A stretch of DNA of 64,000 nt from Acidobacteriota bacterium (GTDB lineage Bacteria > Acidobacteriota > Polarisedimenticolia > Gp22-AA2), in the NCBI GenBank assembly GCA_003223135.1, contig QHXX01000032.1:21031-85030 (forward strand), read 5' to 3'. A program made the position numbers and the translations under genes. Numbering within the stretch: the stretch's first letter is position 1; every line of letters begins with the position of its first letter. Below are positions 8,135 through 16,235 of this stretch, piece after piece. Under the pieces are notes generated by a model. The model was not told the origin of the DNA, searched no databases, and worked only from the letters and a program-made list of their open reading frames with translations.

Positions 8135-9544
8135 ATGCCCGTTCAAGGCAAGCAGATCCTGCTCATCGATCCGGCCCAGCGTTTCGAGGTGGAGCTCATG
8201 CTCCGTGGTTTGGGCATGGACGTACGCTCCGTCGCGAGCCCGGCGGCGGCCCTCGACCTTGCGTCCCGCGACGACTTCGATATGGCCCTCCTCGACGTTG
8301 CGCTGGTCGGAGACGGCGACGACGATGTCGTGGCCAGGCTTCGCGCACAAACGACCATCCCCTCCATTCTGGTGCTGACAACCGAGGACGCGGTCCGCCG
8401 GGCCGTGCGTGCCCTCGAGCATGGGGCCGACGACTACCTGGTCCGGCCGCTGGAACGCGCCGAAGTCCGGGCCCGGCTGGCGCGCATCCTGGAGTGGCAG
8501 CACGCCGGTGACCGCGCCGTCCACCTCCAGAACGAGTTAAGCCGAAAATACCTGGTCGGCAACCTGGTCAGCCGTTCCGAGGGCATGCGGCGCGTGAGGG
8601 ACCAGATTCTCCAGGTCGCCGCGGCGCGCAGCACGGTGCTGATTCTGGGGGAGAGCGGCGTGGGGAAAGAGCTGGTGGCCAAGGCGATCCACTTCAACTC
8701 ACCCAGGCGCGAGGCGCCGTTCATCGCGATCAACTGCTCCGCCATACCCGTCAACCTGATCGAAAGCGAGCTGTTCGGTCACGAAAGGGGCGCTTTCACC
8801 GGTGCCTTCGGACGACAGAAGGGGAAGTTCGAGCTGGCCGACGGGGGGACCGTCTTCCTCGACGAGGTCGGCGACATGGACCTTCTGACCCAGGCGAAGC
8901 TGCTGCGCGTGCTGGAGGAGAGGGAATTCATGCGGGTTGGAGGCAGCCGCGAAGTGCGCGTGGACGTGCGGGTGCTGGCGGCGACCAACACCGACCTGGA
9001 CGATCTGATCCGCAAGAGCCGCTTCCGCGAAGATCTCTATTTCCGCCTCAAAGTGATTACCGTCCGCGTGCCGCCGCTGCGCGAACGGCAGGAGGATATT
9101 CCCGAGCTGGCGCGGGTGATCCTCGAGCAGATCCGGCGCGACAACGGGCTGAGGCCGCGTCGCCTGACCGCGCCGGCCGTGCGCCGTCTGCAGCGCTACC
9201 CGTGGCCCGGCAACGTGCGTGAGCTCAAGAACGTGCTGGAGAGCACCGCGATCACGCGCCCGGGCGACGTGATCCGCGAGAGCGATCTGCCGGCGGGCGT
9301 CCGCGGAGAGGACGGCCCGGGAGCGCCACGCGCCCACCCGCGCTTCGGGATTTCTCTCCGGGAGATGGAACGTGACCTGATCCGGCGGACGCTCCTGCGC
9401 CACGACGGCAACCGCACGCACGCCTCCCGGACCCTGCGCATCGGCGTGAGAACGCTGCAGCGCAAGATCCGCGCCTACGGCATTCGCGTGCCCGGTCCCC
9501 GCGGTCGGCGGGCCGGGCAGACTGCGGGCGTCATCAAAGGTTGA
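8135..9544 (+). CDS. sigma54-dependent Fis-family response regulator (NtrC-like: receiver + AAA+ + HTH)
   Basis: ATG at 8135 follows GAGAGG. Receiver domain (MALLDVAL), Walker A GESGVGKE, GAFTGA motif, R-finger region and a C-terminal Fis-type HTH. Confidence 0.85.
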   Translation: MPVQGKQILLIDPAQRFEVELMLRGLGMDVRSVASPAAALDLASRDDFDMALLDVALVGDGDDDVVARLRAQTTIPSILVLTTEDAVRRAVRALEHGADDYLVRPLERAEVRARLARILEWQHAGDRAVHLQNELSRKYLVGNLVSRSEGMRRVRDQILQVAAARSTVLILGESGVGKELVAKAIHFNSPRREAPFIAINCSAIPVNLIESELFGHERGAFTGAFGRQKGKFELADGGTVFLDEVGDMDLLTQAKLLRVLEEREFMRVGGSREVRVDVRVLAATNTDLDDLIRKSRFREDLYFRLKVITVRVPPLRERQEDIPELARVILEQIRRDNGLRPRRLTAPAVRRLQRYPWPGNVRELKNVLESTAITRPGDVIRESDLPAGVRGEDGPGAPRAHPRFGISLREMERDLIRRTLLRHDGNRTHASRTLRIGVRTLQRKIRAYGIRVPGPRGRRAGQTAGVIKG

Positions 9545-10607
9545 CCGACACCCCGAGACCGTCCCGATCGAGCAGCGGCAGCACGTGACCGTCCGCGATC
9601 AGAACGCCCCCCGACGCGACGTCGTCCGCGAGATCCAGGTGCCCGTCGAGATCGGCGCGCTCGACATTGGCAGCCGCCAGGGCGAAATGCAGCGCGGCGG
9701 CAATGCCGATGCGCGATTCGTCCATGCAGCCGATCATCGCGCCGATCCCTGCGGCCTGGGTGACGCGCGCGATCTCCATCGCCTCTCCGATGCCCCCCGA
9801 CTTCATCAGCTTGATGTTCACCATGTCCGCTACCCGGGCCTCCACAAGCCGCCGGGCGTCGAGCGCGCCCAGAACCGACTCGTCCGCCATGATCGGCAGC
9901 TCGAACTCGTCGGCCAGGCGGCGCAGCGCCTGGAGATCCGAGGCGGCTGTCGGTTGCTCGAGAAGCTCCAGGGAACCCGGCGGCAGACCTGCGAGAAACC
10001 GGCGCGCCGCCTCTTCGCTGTATCCCTGGTTGGCGTCGGCGCGCAGCAGCACACCGGCGCCGAGAGCCTGCCGCAGCAGGCGGACCGTCTTGACGTCCTC
10101 CTCCCAGTTTTCGCCGACCTTCAACTTGAGGATTCGGAATCCGGCGGCCACCTGCCGCTTGGCCCGCTCCAGGGTTGACCCCGGCTCGTCGATGCCGAGG
10201 GTGATGCTCGTCGGAAGCCGGTCGCGCTTGATCCCGAGCACACGGACGAGCGGGACGCGGGCCCTGAGGCCGACCAGGTCGAGAAGTGCCATCTCGCAGG
10301 CGGCACGCGCGGCGGGCGCCGCCGGGGCAGCCTCAGGCGCGCGCCGCGCGAACCCCGCCGGGTCGCCGGCGTCCGACATGCGCAGGAGCGGAATGAGCTG
10401 ATCCAGAAGCGCCCGAAGCGCGTCGGCGGGGGCCTCCCCGGTGACTTCCGGAGCCGGTGCCGCGCAGCCGAATCCGGTGCGCCCGTCGGACGTGTCCACC
10501 TTGACGACGATGTTCTCGGCGCTCGTGTAGGTATGGCCGGCGATGCGATACCCTTCGGTGAGCCGAAAGGGAACAGGGATCGCCTCGACGCGGAGGACGC
10601 GGATCAT
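9534..10607 (-). CDS. enolase-superfamily dipeptide epimerase / N-acyl amino acid racemase-like (MR/MLE family)
   Basis: Start MIRVLRVEAIPVPF. Motifs KLKVG, MADES, DxNQ and DLD match the muconate-lactonizing-enzyme fold. The ATG overlaps the stop of the upstream DUF1611 gene (ATGA). Confidence 0.75.
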   Translation of the reverse strand: MIRVLRVEAIPVPFRLTEGYRIAGHTYTSAENIVVKVDTSDGRTGFGCAAPAPEVTGEAPADALRALLDQLIPLLRMSDAGDPAGFARRAPEAAPAAPAARAACEMALLDLVGLRARVPLVRVLGIKRDRLPTSITLGIDEPGSTLERAKRQVAAGFRILKLKVGENWEEDVKTVRLLRQALGAGVLLRADANQGYSEEAARRFLAGLPPGSLELLEQPTAASDLQALRRLADEFELPIMADESVLGALDARRLVEARVADMVNIKLMKSGGIGEAMEIARVTQAAGIGAMIGCMDESRIGIAAALHFALAAANVERADLDGHLDLADDVASGGVLIADGHVLPLLDRDGLGVSVNL

Positions 10608-11683
10608 CCCGGCGGTCGAGGGAAGCGGCGGAGCACCTCCTCGATGATGGGTCCCACCCCGTCCCGGAGAGGATCGCAGCACGGGACGTCGTGACGGACA
10701 CGGTATGCGGCCGCGTGCGTCCGCACCTCGTCCGGGGACAAGCCCTCGTGGTTCAAGGTGATCGCCACGATCGGTTTGCCGCTGAGGAGGTGAATGAGCG
10801 TCGCCTCCTTTTCGACCCCCGCCAGCGGAAAATCCGGGAATCCATCGTAGTGCGTGCGCGCCGGCGCGTGCTGCAGCACGACCCCGTCCGGTCGGGCTCC
10901 CGCCAGGATCTCGAAGCCGCCCGGGTAGGCCGGGTGGGTGAGGCACCCCTGTCCTTCGATGACAATGACGTCCGGCTTCTCCTCGCGGAACGCGCGGATC
11001 ACCTGGTGCTCGATTTCCCCCGAGACGAAGTCATTGACCAGGCTGTCCATGACGAGGCCGTAGCGCGCGCCCTGCATCCAGGAGGTCTGGCCGGTCCCGA
11101 CCAGGACGGCCCGAAGGCCCCGTGCGTTCAGCCCCTGCACCAGTCGGACGGAGGTCGTCCTCTTGCCGACACCCGAGTCCGTCCCGAGGACCGCGATGCG
11201 GAGCGACAACACCTCGAGGATCCGGCCGCTGAAAGCGTGCATCTCTTCCCGGGGAGGGGTGCGCCTGACGTCACGGATGCGCGCGCCGCTCCTGCGGGCG
11301 AGTGCCTTGAACTCCGGGTCGTCCCCGAGAATTTCATGCAGTCCCGAATCGACGTTGATGCCCCGGGACAGGGCTTCGCCGATGGTCGGGCGCAGCCTGG
11401 CGGGCAGGACCCCGCCGTGCGTGGCGACGCCGACGACGAGATAGTCGGGGCGTCGATCGGCCGCACGGATCGCCTCGTCCAGCCCGGCCACGATGGGGAT
11501 GCCCGCCGAGGCGCCGTCGAGCACCTCGCCCGCGTCACGGCCGGCCAGGCCCCCGTCGATGACGGCCACGACACGGTAGCGGTCCGTATGCCGGACCAGG
11601 CCGTGCGCCGTCTTCCCTTCGGTGGTCCCGAAGCCGCCGTCGCAGAGCACCACCGCCGTTCCGTCGCCGATCGTGGTTTTCAT
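10604..11683 (-). CDS. DUF1611 domain protein (DgcN-like putative N-acetyltransferase)
   Basis: MKTTIGDGTAVVLCDGGFGTTEGKTAHGLVRH... is a typical DUF1611 N-terminus. It is translationally coupled to the downstream epimerase. Confidence 0.75.
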   Translation of the reverse strand: MKTTIGDGTAVVLCDGGFGTTEGKTAHGLVRHTDRYRVVAVIDGGLAGRDAGEVLDGASAGIPIVAGLDEAIRAADRRPDYLVVGVATHGGVLPARLRPTIGEALSRGINVDSGLHEILGDDPEFKALARRSGARIRDVRRTPPREEMHAFSGRILEVLSLRIAVLGTDSGVGKRTTSVRLVQGLNARGLRAVLVGTGQTSWMQGARYGLVMDSLVNDFVSGEIEHQVIRAFREEKPDVIVIEGQGCLTHPAYPGGFEILAGARPDGVVLQHAPARTHYDGFPDFPLAGVEKEATLIHLLSGKPIVAITLNHEGLSPDEVRTHAAAYRVRHDVPCCDPLRDGVGPIIEEVLRRFPRPPG

Positions 11684-11765
11684 GGTCGCCCGGACTGTAG
11701 CATAGGTGGATCGCGTGTGGGTCGCGTCCTTGACGCCCTTTCGAGGCTTGCCCTAAGATGGCCGC

Positions 11766-12425
11766 ATGGTCACGGGTTTCAACACGGACGTGCAGCACCG
11801 CGGCAAGACCTATCACGTCCAGACCGAAGACAAGGGGCTGCAGAACCCCATCATCGAGACCTTGATCTACATGGGCGGTGAAATTCTGGCCGCTCGCCGC
11901 ACTTCCTACGCAGACCTCCTCGAAAAAGAGGTCGACGAGAGGGAGATCGGCGAGCGGATCGAAGCGCAGCACAACCGCATGATCCTCGATATCCGGGAGG
12001 GCAAATATCACAGCAAGCAGATCCGGCCCTTCGGCGAGGGCATCATCTCGAACAAGAGCTTCGACGAGGTCGTCCTGGACTGGCTCAAGTCGCAGACAGC
12101 CACGGAGAGGATCGCCCTGCAGATGATCGGCTCGGACGGCTTCGTGGAGGGCGGGACCGCTCGGCTGGAACTTTTCGTCAGCCGCCCCTCGACCAGCCAG
12201 GGCGTCGCCGGCGCGAAGGTCAAGGTGAAACTGATCAGCACCGTGGCCAAGCCGCGCACGCTCGTCGAGGGGACGACCGACGAGGCGGGCCGGGTGACCC
12301 TGTCCTGTCCGCTGCCCCTTTTGGAGGAAGGGACCGCCGCGCTGATCGTTCAGGCCTCCTCGGGCAAGGAGAGCGCCGAGATCAAACAACTGATCAAAAA
12401 ACCGGCGCGCAAGGCCGCCGGGTGA
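11766..12425 (+). CDS. hypothetical protein, coupled to thiS
   Basis: 219-aa ORF whose stop overlaps the thiS GTG start by 4 nt. The C-terminal half looks beta-sandwich-like (AKVKVKLISTVAKPRTLVEGTTDEAGRVTL). Confidence 0.5.
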   Translation: MVTGFNTDVQHRGKTYHVQTEDKGLQNPIIETLIYMGGEILAARRTSYADLLEKEVDEREIGERIEAQHNRMILDIREGKYHSKQIRPFGEGIISNKSFDEVVLDWLKSQTATERIALQMIGSDGFVEGGTARLELFVSRPSTSQGVAGAKVKVKLISTVAKPRTLVEGTTDEAGRVTLSCPLPLLEEGTAALIVQASSGKESAEIKQLIKKPARKAAG

Positions 12426-12634
12426 CAACCGCCGTGACCATCGTCCTGAACGGGCTGGAGCACGCTGCGCCCGAGGGGGCGTCGGTGCTGGCTCTCCTGG
12501 AGACCCTGGGATTCGCCGCCGGTCGCGTCGCGGTCGAAGCGAACGGCCGCATTCTCCGCCGCGAGGATTTCGCCCGCGCGATCCTGCGCGACGGCGACCG
12601 GCTCGAGGTCGTGCAGTTCGTCGGAGGTGGGTAA
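12422..12634 (+). CDS. thiS: sulfur carrier protein ThiS
   Basis: 70 aa ending ...VQFVGGG. ThiS/MoaD fold signature, GTG start. Confidence 0.7.
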   Translation: MTTAVTIVLNGLEHAAPEGASVLALLETLGFAAGRVAVEANGRILRREDFARAILRDGDRLEVVQFVGGG

Positions 12635-12639
12635 GGATC

Positions 12640-13234
12640 ATGAAGAGCGAAGCACTGACCATCGCGGGCCGCAGCTACCCGTCGCGTCTGATCATCGGCA
12701 CGGGCAAGTACCCGAGCCTTGAGGTCATGCGGCGCGCGATCGAGGCGTCCGGCGCTTCGATGGTCACGGTGGCGGTGCGACGCGTCAACCTGTCGAGGCG
12801 CGACGGTGAGTCCCTGCTCGATTTCATCGATACCAGGAAAGTCGCGCTTCTGCCCAACACCGCGGGCTGCCGTGGTGGCGAGGCGTCTGCGCGATGCCGG
12901 AGCGGCCGCGGTCATGCCGCTGGCCGCCCCGATCGGATCGGGCCTCGGCGTGCAGAATCCCGCCCATCTCAGGCTCCTCCTGGAGGAGATTCGCGACGTC
13001 CCGGTCATTGTGGACGCGGGCGTGGGGACGGCCTCGGACGCGGCCATGGTCATGGAGCTGGGGGCCGACGGCGTGCTGATGAACACCGGCATTGCCGGCG
13101 CCGGCGAGCCCGAGAAAATGGCGCGCGCCATGCGACTCGCGATTGAGGCCGGCCGCCTCGCCTTCGAGGCGGGGCGCATTCCGAGGAAGCTCTACGCCAC
13201 CGCCAGCAGCCCGATGGAAGGAATCGTCCGCTGA
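12640..13234 (+). pseudogene. thiG: thiazole synthase ThiG disrupted by an internal deletion plus frameshift
   Basis: Frame 1 reads [51 protein letters not shown]...LLPNTAGC up to about 12870. The gene then continues in the +1 frame as [75 protein letters not shown]... About 60 residues expected between NTAGC and the RLEEAG..AVMPLGAP region are absent. Confidence 0.7.
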
Positions 13235-13265
13235 GCGCGCCACGTCTCGATCCGCGGACAGCCTC

Positions 13266-13751
13266 CTAGGAGCGGCGTCGTTCACGAATGGCGGCGCGGG
13301 CCTCCTTCTGTTGATCTTTCTCCTTGATCGCCTCGCGCTTGTCCCACAGTTTCTTTCCCTTCGCCAAGGCGATCTCGACCTTGACCCGGCCCTTCGAGAG
13401 GTAGAGGCGCAGCGGTACCAGGGTCTGGCCGCCCGCCCCCGTCTTCTGCGTCAGCTTCAGGATTTCCTGGCGGTGCAGGAGAAGCTTGCGCGGCCGCAGC
13501 GGGTCGTGGTTGGCGTAGCCGCCGTGCGAGTAGGGCGAGATGTGGCAGTTGTGCAGGAACACCTCACGCCCGTCCACGCGCGCGAAGGAGTCCTTGAGGT
13601 TCGCCTTCCCTTCGCGCAGCGATTTCACCTCCGTGCCGAGCAGCGCGACACCGGCTTCATAGCGCTCGCCGATGAAATAGTTGTGGAAAGCCTGCCGGTT
13701 CGACGCCAGCGCCCTCTCCGCGGATTCCTTGGCTTTCGTCCTGGCGCTCAT
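13266..13751 (-). CDS. smpB: SsrA-binding protein SmpB
   Basis: Canonical SmpB sequence (GTEVKSLREGKANLKDSFARVDGREVFLHNCHISPY...). Confidence 0.9.
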   Translation of the reverse strand: MSARTKAKESAERALASNRQAFHNYFIGERYEAGVALLGTEVKSLREGKANLKDSFARVDGREVFLHNCHISPYSHGGYANHDPLRPRKLLLHRQEILKLTQKTGAGGQTLVPLRLYLSKGRVKVEIALAKGKKLWDKREAIKEKDQQKEARAAIRERRRS

Positions 13752-14632
13752 TCTTTCTTCATCCGCTCGCTCACGACCTGCCGGTAGAGGTCCCGGCGTG
13801 AGAGCCCTGCCTCACGAGCCACGCGGCGCATCGCCTCCTTGCGGTCCACTCCGGAATCGATCAGCCGGCGCACCCTCGAGGCGGGCGATTCATTGAGCTT
13901 TACCTCCTGCCCGGTGGACGCCACGGCGGGGAAGGGCGCCCGGGAGCTGCCGGCAAGAAGGAAGGCGATCTCGCCGCGCGGTTCGCGTCCCTCGAACGCC
14001 GCCATCAGGGTCGTAATCGTTCCTGTGAGCAGCTCTTCATGCAGCTTGGTCATCTCCCTTCCGACACAGACGTCGCGATCGCCCAGGATCTCGAGCGCGT
14101 CCGCGAGCGTGGCGATGAAGCGCCGGGGCGATTCGAAGAACAAAAGCGGACGCGGCTCTGCGCGCAGCGCCTGGAGGGTCCGGCGTCTCTCTCCTTTGCG
14201 GTGTGGCAGGAAGCCGATGAATGTGAACGGACCCGGGGCGAATCCGCTGGCCGACACGAGGGTCGTGATCGCCGAGGGCCCCGGGATCGGAACGACGCGG
14301 TAGCCCGCCTCCCGGGCGGCACGCACGAGAAGGGCGCCGGGATCGGAGATTCCGGGCGTCCCGCCGTCGCTGACGAGCGCGACGCGGCCGCCGCGCTGGA
14401 GCGCCTCCAGGAGATCCGGGAGGCGTCTCCCCTCGTTGAACGCGTGATAGCTCACCAGGCGGGTGGAGAGACCGTGGCGGGTGAGAAGGACCCGCGTCCG
14501 GCGCGTGTCCTCGCAGGCGATGAGGTCGCTCGAAGCGAGGGCCTCGACGGCCCTCGGCGAGAGGTCGTCCAGGTTGCCGATCGGCGTCCCGACGACGAAG
14601 AGCGTGCCTCGCGGCTCGCGGCTGGCGTCCAC
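13748..14632 (-). CDS. rsmI: 16S rRNA (cytidine1402-2'-O)-methyltransferase RsmI
   Basis: Tetrapyrrole-methylase fold with N-terminal TLFVVGTPIGNLDDLSPRA. Confidence 0.85.
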   Translation of the reverse strand: MDASREPRGTLFVVGTPIGNLDDLSPRAVEALASSDLIACEDTRRTRVLLTRHGLSTRLVSYHAFNEGRRLPDLLEALQRGGRVALVSDGGTPGISDPGALLVRAAREAGYRVVPIPGPSAITTLVSASGFAPGPFTFIGFLPHRKGERRRTLQALRAEPRPLLFFESPRRFIATLADALEILGDRDVCVGREMTKLHEELLTGTITTLMAAFEGREPRGEIAFLLAGSSRAPFPAVASTGQEVKLNESPASRVRRLIDSGVDRKEAMRRVAREAGLSRRDLYRQVVSERMKKE

Positions 14633-14636
14633 GGCG

Positions 14637-15494
14637 CTATCGCCCCCAGTCGCGCGGGTAGAGGAAGTCGATCCCGACGGTGCGCGGCGACAGCTTGGCG
14701 ATGAGCGGAGTTCGTCGCTTGAATTGTGAGCGGACGATGCGCTTCATGATCCGACGCACCATGCGGTCCGGGAAGCCCGCGGCGACCGCCTCGTCCGGTG
14801 TCGCGCGGCGATCCACCAGGAGACGGAGAAGCCGGTCGACGTCGCGGTAACGGTAGCCAATCTCGTCCTCGTCCGACTGGCCGGCCCACAGATCGGCGGT
14901 CGGGACTTTGAAGGCCACGTTCCGCGGCACACCGAGCTCGAGCGCCAGAGACCGAACCTGCGTCTTGTAAAGGTCGCCGAGCGGGTTGATGCCGCAGGCG
15001 AGGTCTCCGAAAATCGTGCCGTATCCCAGAAGCAGCTCGGTCTTGTTGCTGGTTCCGACAACGATCGCCCGCTCGCGCGCCGACAGGTCGTAAAGGACCG
15101 CCATCCGCTCGCGCGCCATCTTGTTCCCGCGCCTGAGCGCCGACGCTCCGCTCTGGCGCTTGAAGTACGCGTCGATCATCGGCGTGATCGCGATGCGGAC
15201 GCTGCGCGTCCCGAGGAGGCGGACCAGGCGACGGGCGTCCCGAAGACTGTCCGCGCTCGAAGTGCGATAGGGCAGCGAGGCGCACAGGACGTTTGTCGGG
15301 CCCAGCGCGCGCGCGGCCAGGAAGGCCGCCGCGGCCGAATCGACCCCTCCGGAAAGACCCATCACGGCGCGCGAGAACCCGGCCTTGCGCGTCTCCCGCC
15401 GGATGAAATCGACCAGGAGGGCGGAAGCGGTCACCACATCCAAGGCCAGTTCCGCCGGGAGGTCGAAGGTGGGCGCCGGACCACGCGCGATCAC
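14637..15494 (-). CDS. nadE: NH3-dependent NAD+ synthetase NadE
   Basis: SGGVDSA P-loop and a NadE-like pattern throughout. Confidence 0.85.
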   Translation of the reverse strand: MIARGPAPTFDLPAELALDVVTASALLVDFIRRETRKAGFSRAVMGLSGGVDSAAAAFLAARALGPTNVLCASLPYRTSSADSLRDARRLVRLLGTRSVRIAITPMIDAYFKRQSGASALRRGNKMARERMAVLYDLSARERAIVVGTSNKTELLLGYGTIFGDLACGINPLGDLYKTQVRSLALELGVPRNVAFKVPTADLWAGQSDEDEIGYRYRDVDRLLRLLVDRRATPDEAVAAGFPDRMVRRIMKRIVRSQFKRRTPLIAKLSPRTVGIDFLYPRDWGR

Positions 15495-15585
15495 GCACAG
15501 AGCCTATGTCCGCCGCGGGAGGACTGTCAACGAGAGCGCGCCGTCCGGTAGCCCAAGACCCTGCGCACGGCGCGCCGCGCGCGGC

Positions 15586-15614
15586 TTGCGGGCGGGAGAC
15601 CCGGCCGGTATAAT
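15586..15614 (+). promoter_or_regulatory. putative sigma70 promoter of efp (TTGCGG-N17-TATAAT)
   Basis: The -10 hexamer TATAAT ends 58 nt upstream of the efp ATG. The -35 TTGCGG lies 17 nt upstream of the -10. Confidence 0.4.
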
Positions 15615-15671
15615 CCGCGCGTCGGACCCGTCCGCGAGCGCACCTGGCATCGGAGTTCTGAGGACCGAGAG

Positions 15672-16232
15672 ATGATTCAGGCGACACAACTGCGTGCCGG
15701 TATGGCGATTCTCCACGAGGGGAACCTGTGCCGCATCTTGAGCGTGCAGCACATCACCCCCGGCAACTGGCGCGGCATGGTGCAGGCCAAGCTGCGCAAT
15801 CTCAAGTCCGGGAACAGCTTCGAGTATCGGTTCCGATCGGAAGACCGGGTCGAGAAGGCGGACCTCGAAGAGCACGAAATGGAGTTCCTGTATGCTGCCG
15901 GCGACGACTTTCATTTCATGAACACGGACAGCTACGAACAGGTCGCCATTACGCGCGAAGACCTCGGCCAGGCTGTCGATTACCTGGTCCCGAACACCAA
16001 GGTCCTGGTGGAGTTCTACGAACACCGGCCGGTGGGAGTGGAGCTCCCCGTCACCGTCGATTTGCGCGTAGCCGAAACGCAGCCGGGGATGAAGGGTGCG
16101 ACGGCCTCCAACAGCGGCAAGCCGGCCGTCCTGGAGACCGGGCTGCAGGTGATGGTGCCCCAATTCGTCAACGTGGGAGACGTCGTGCGCATCGACACAG
16201 CCGAGGGGAAGTACCTCGAGCGGGCGAAGTAG
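15672..16232 (+). CDS. efp: translation elongation factor P
   Basis: 186 aa with canonical EF-P domains I-III. Confidence 0.9.
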   Translation: MIQATQLRAGMAILHEGNLCRILSVQHITPGNWRGMVQAKLRNLKSGNSFEYRFRSEDRVEKADLEEHEMEFLYAAGDDFHFMNTDSYEQVAITREDLGQAVDYLVPNTKVLVEFYEHRPVGVELPVTVDLRVAETQPGMKGATASNSGKPAVLETGLQVMVPQFVNVGDVVRIDTAEGKYLERAK

Positions 16233-16235
16233 ACG

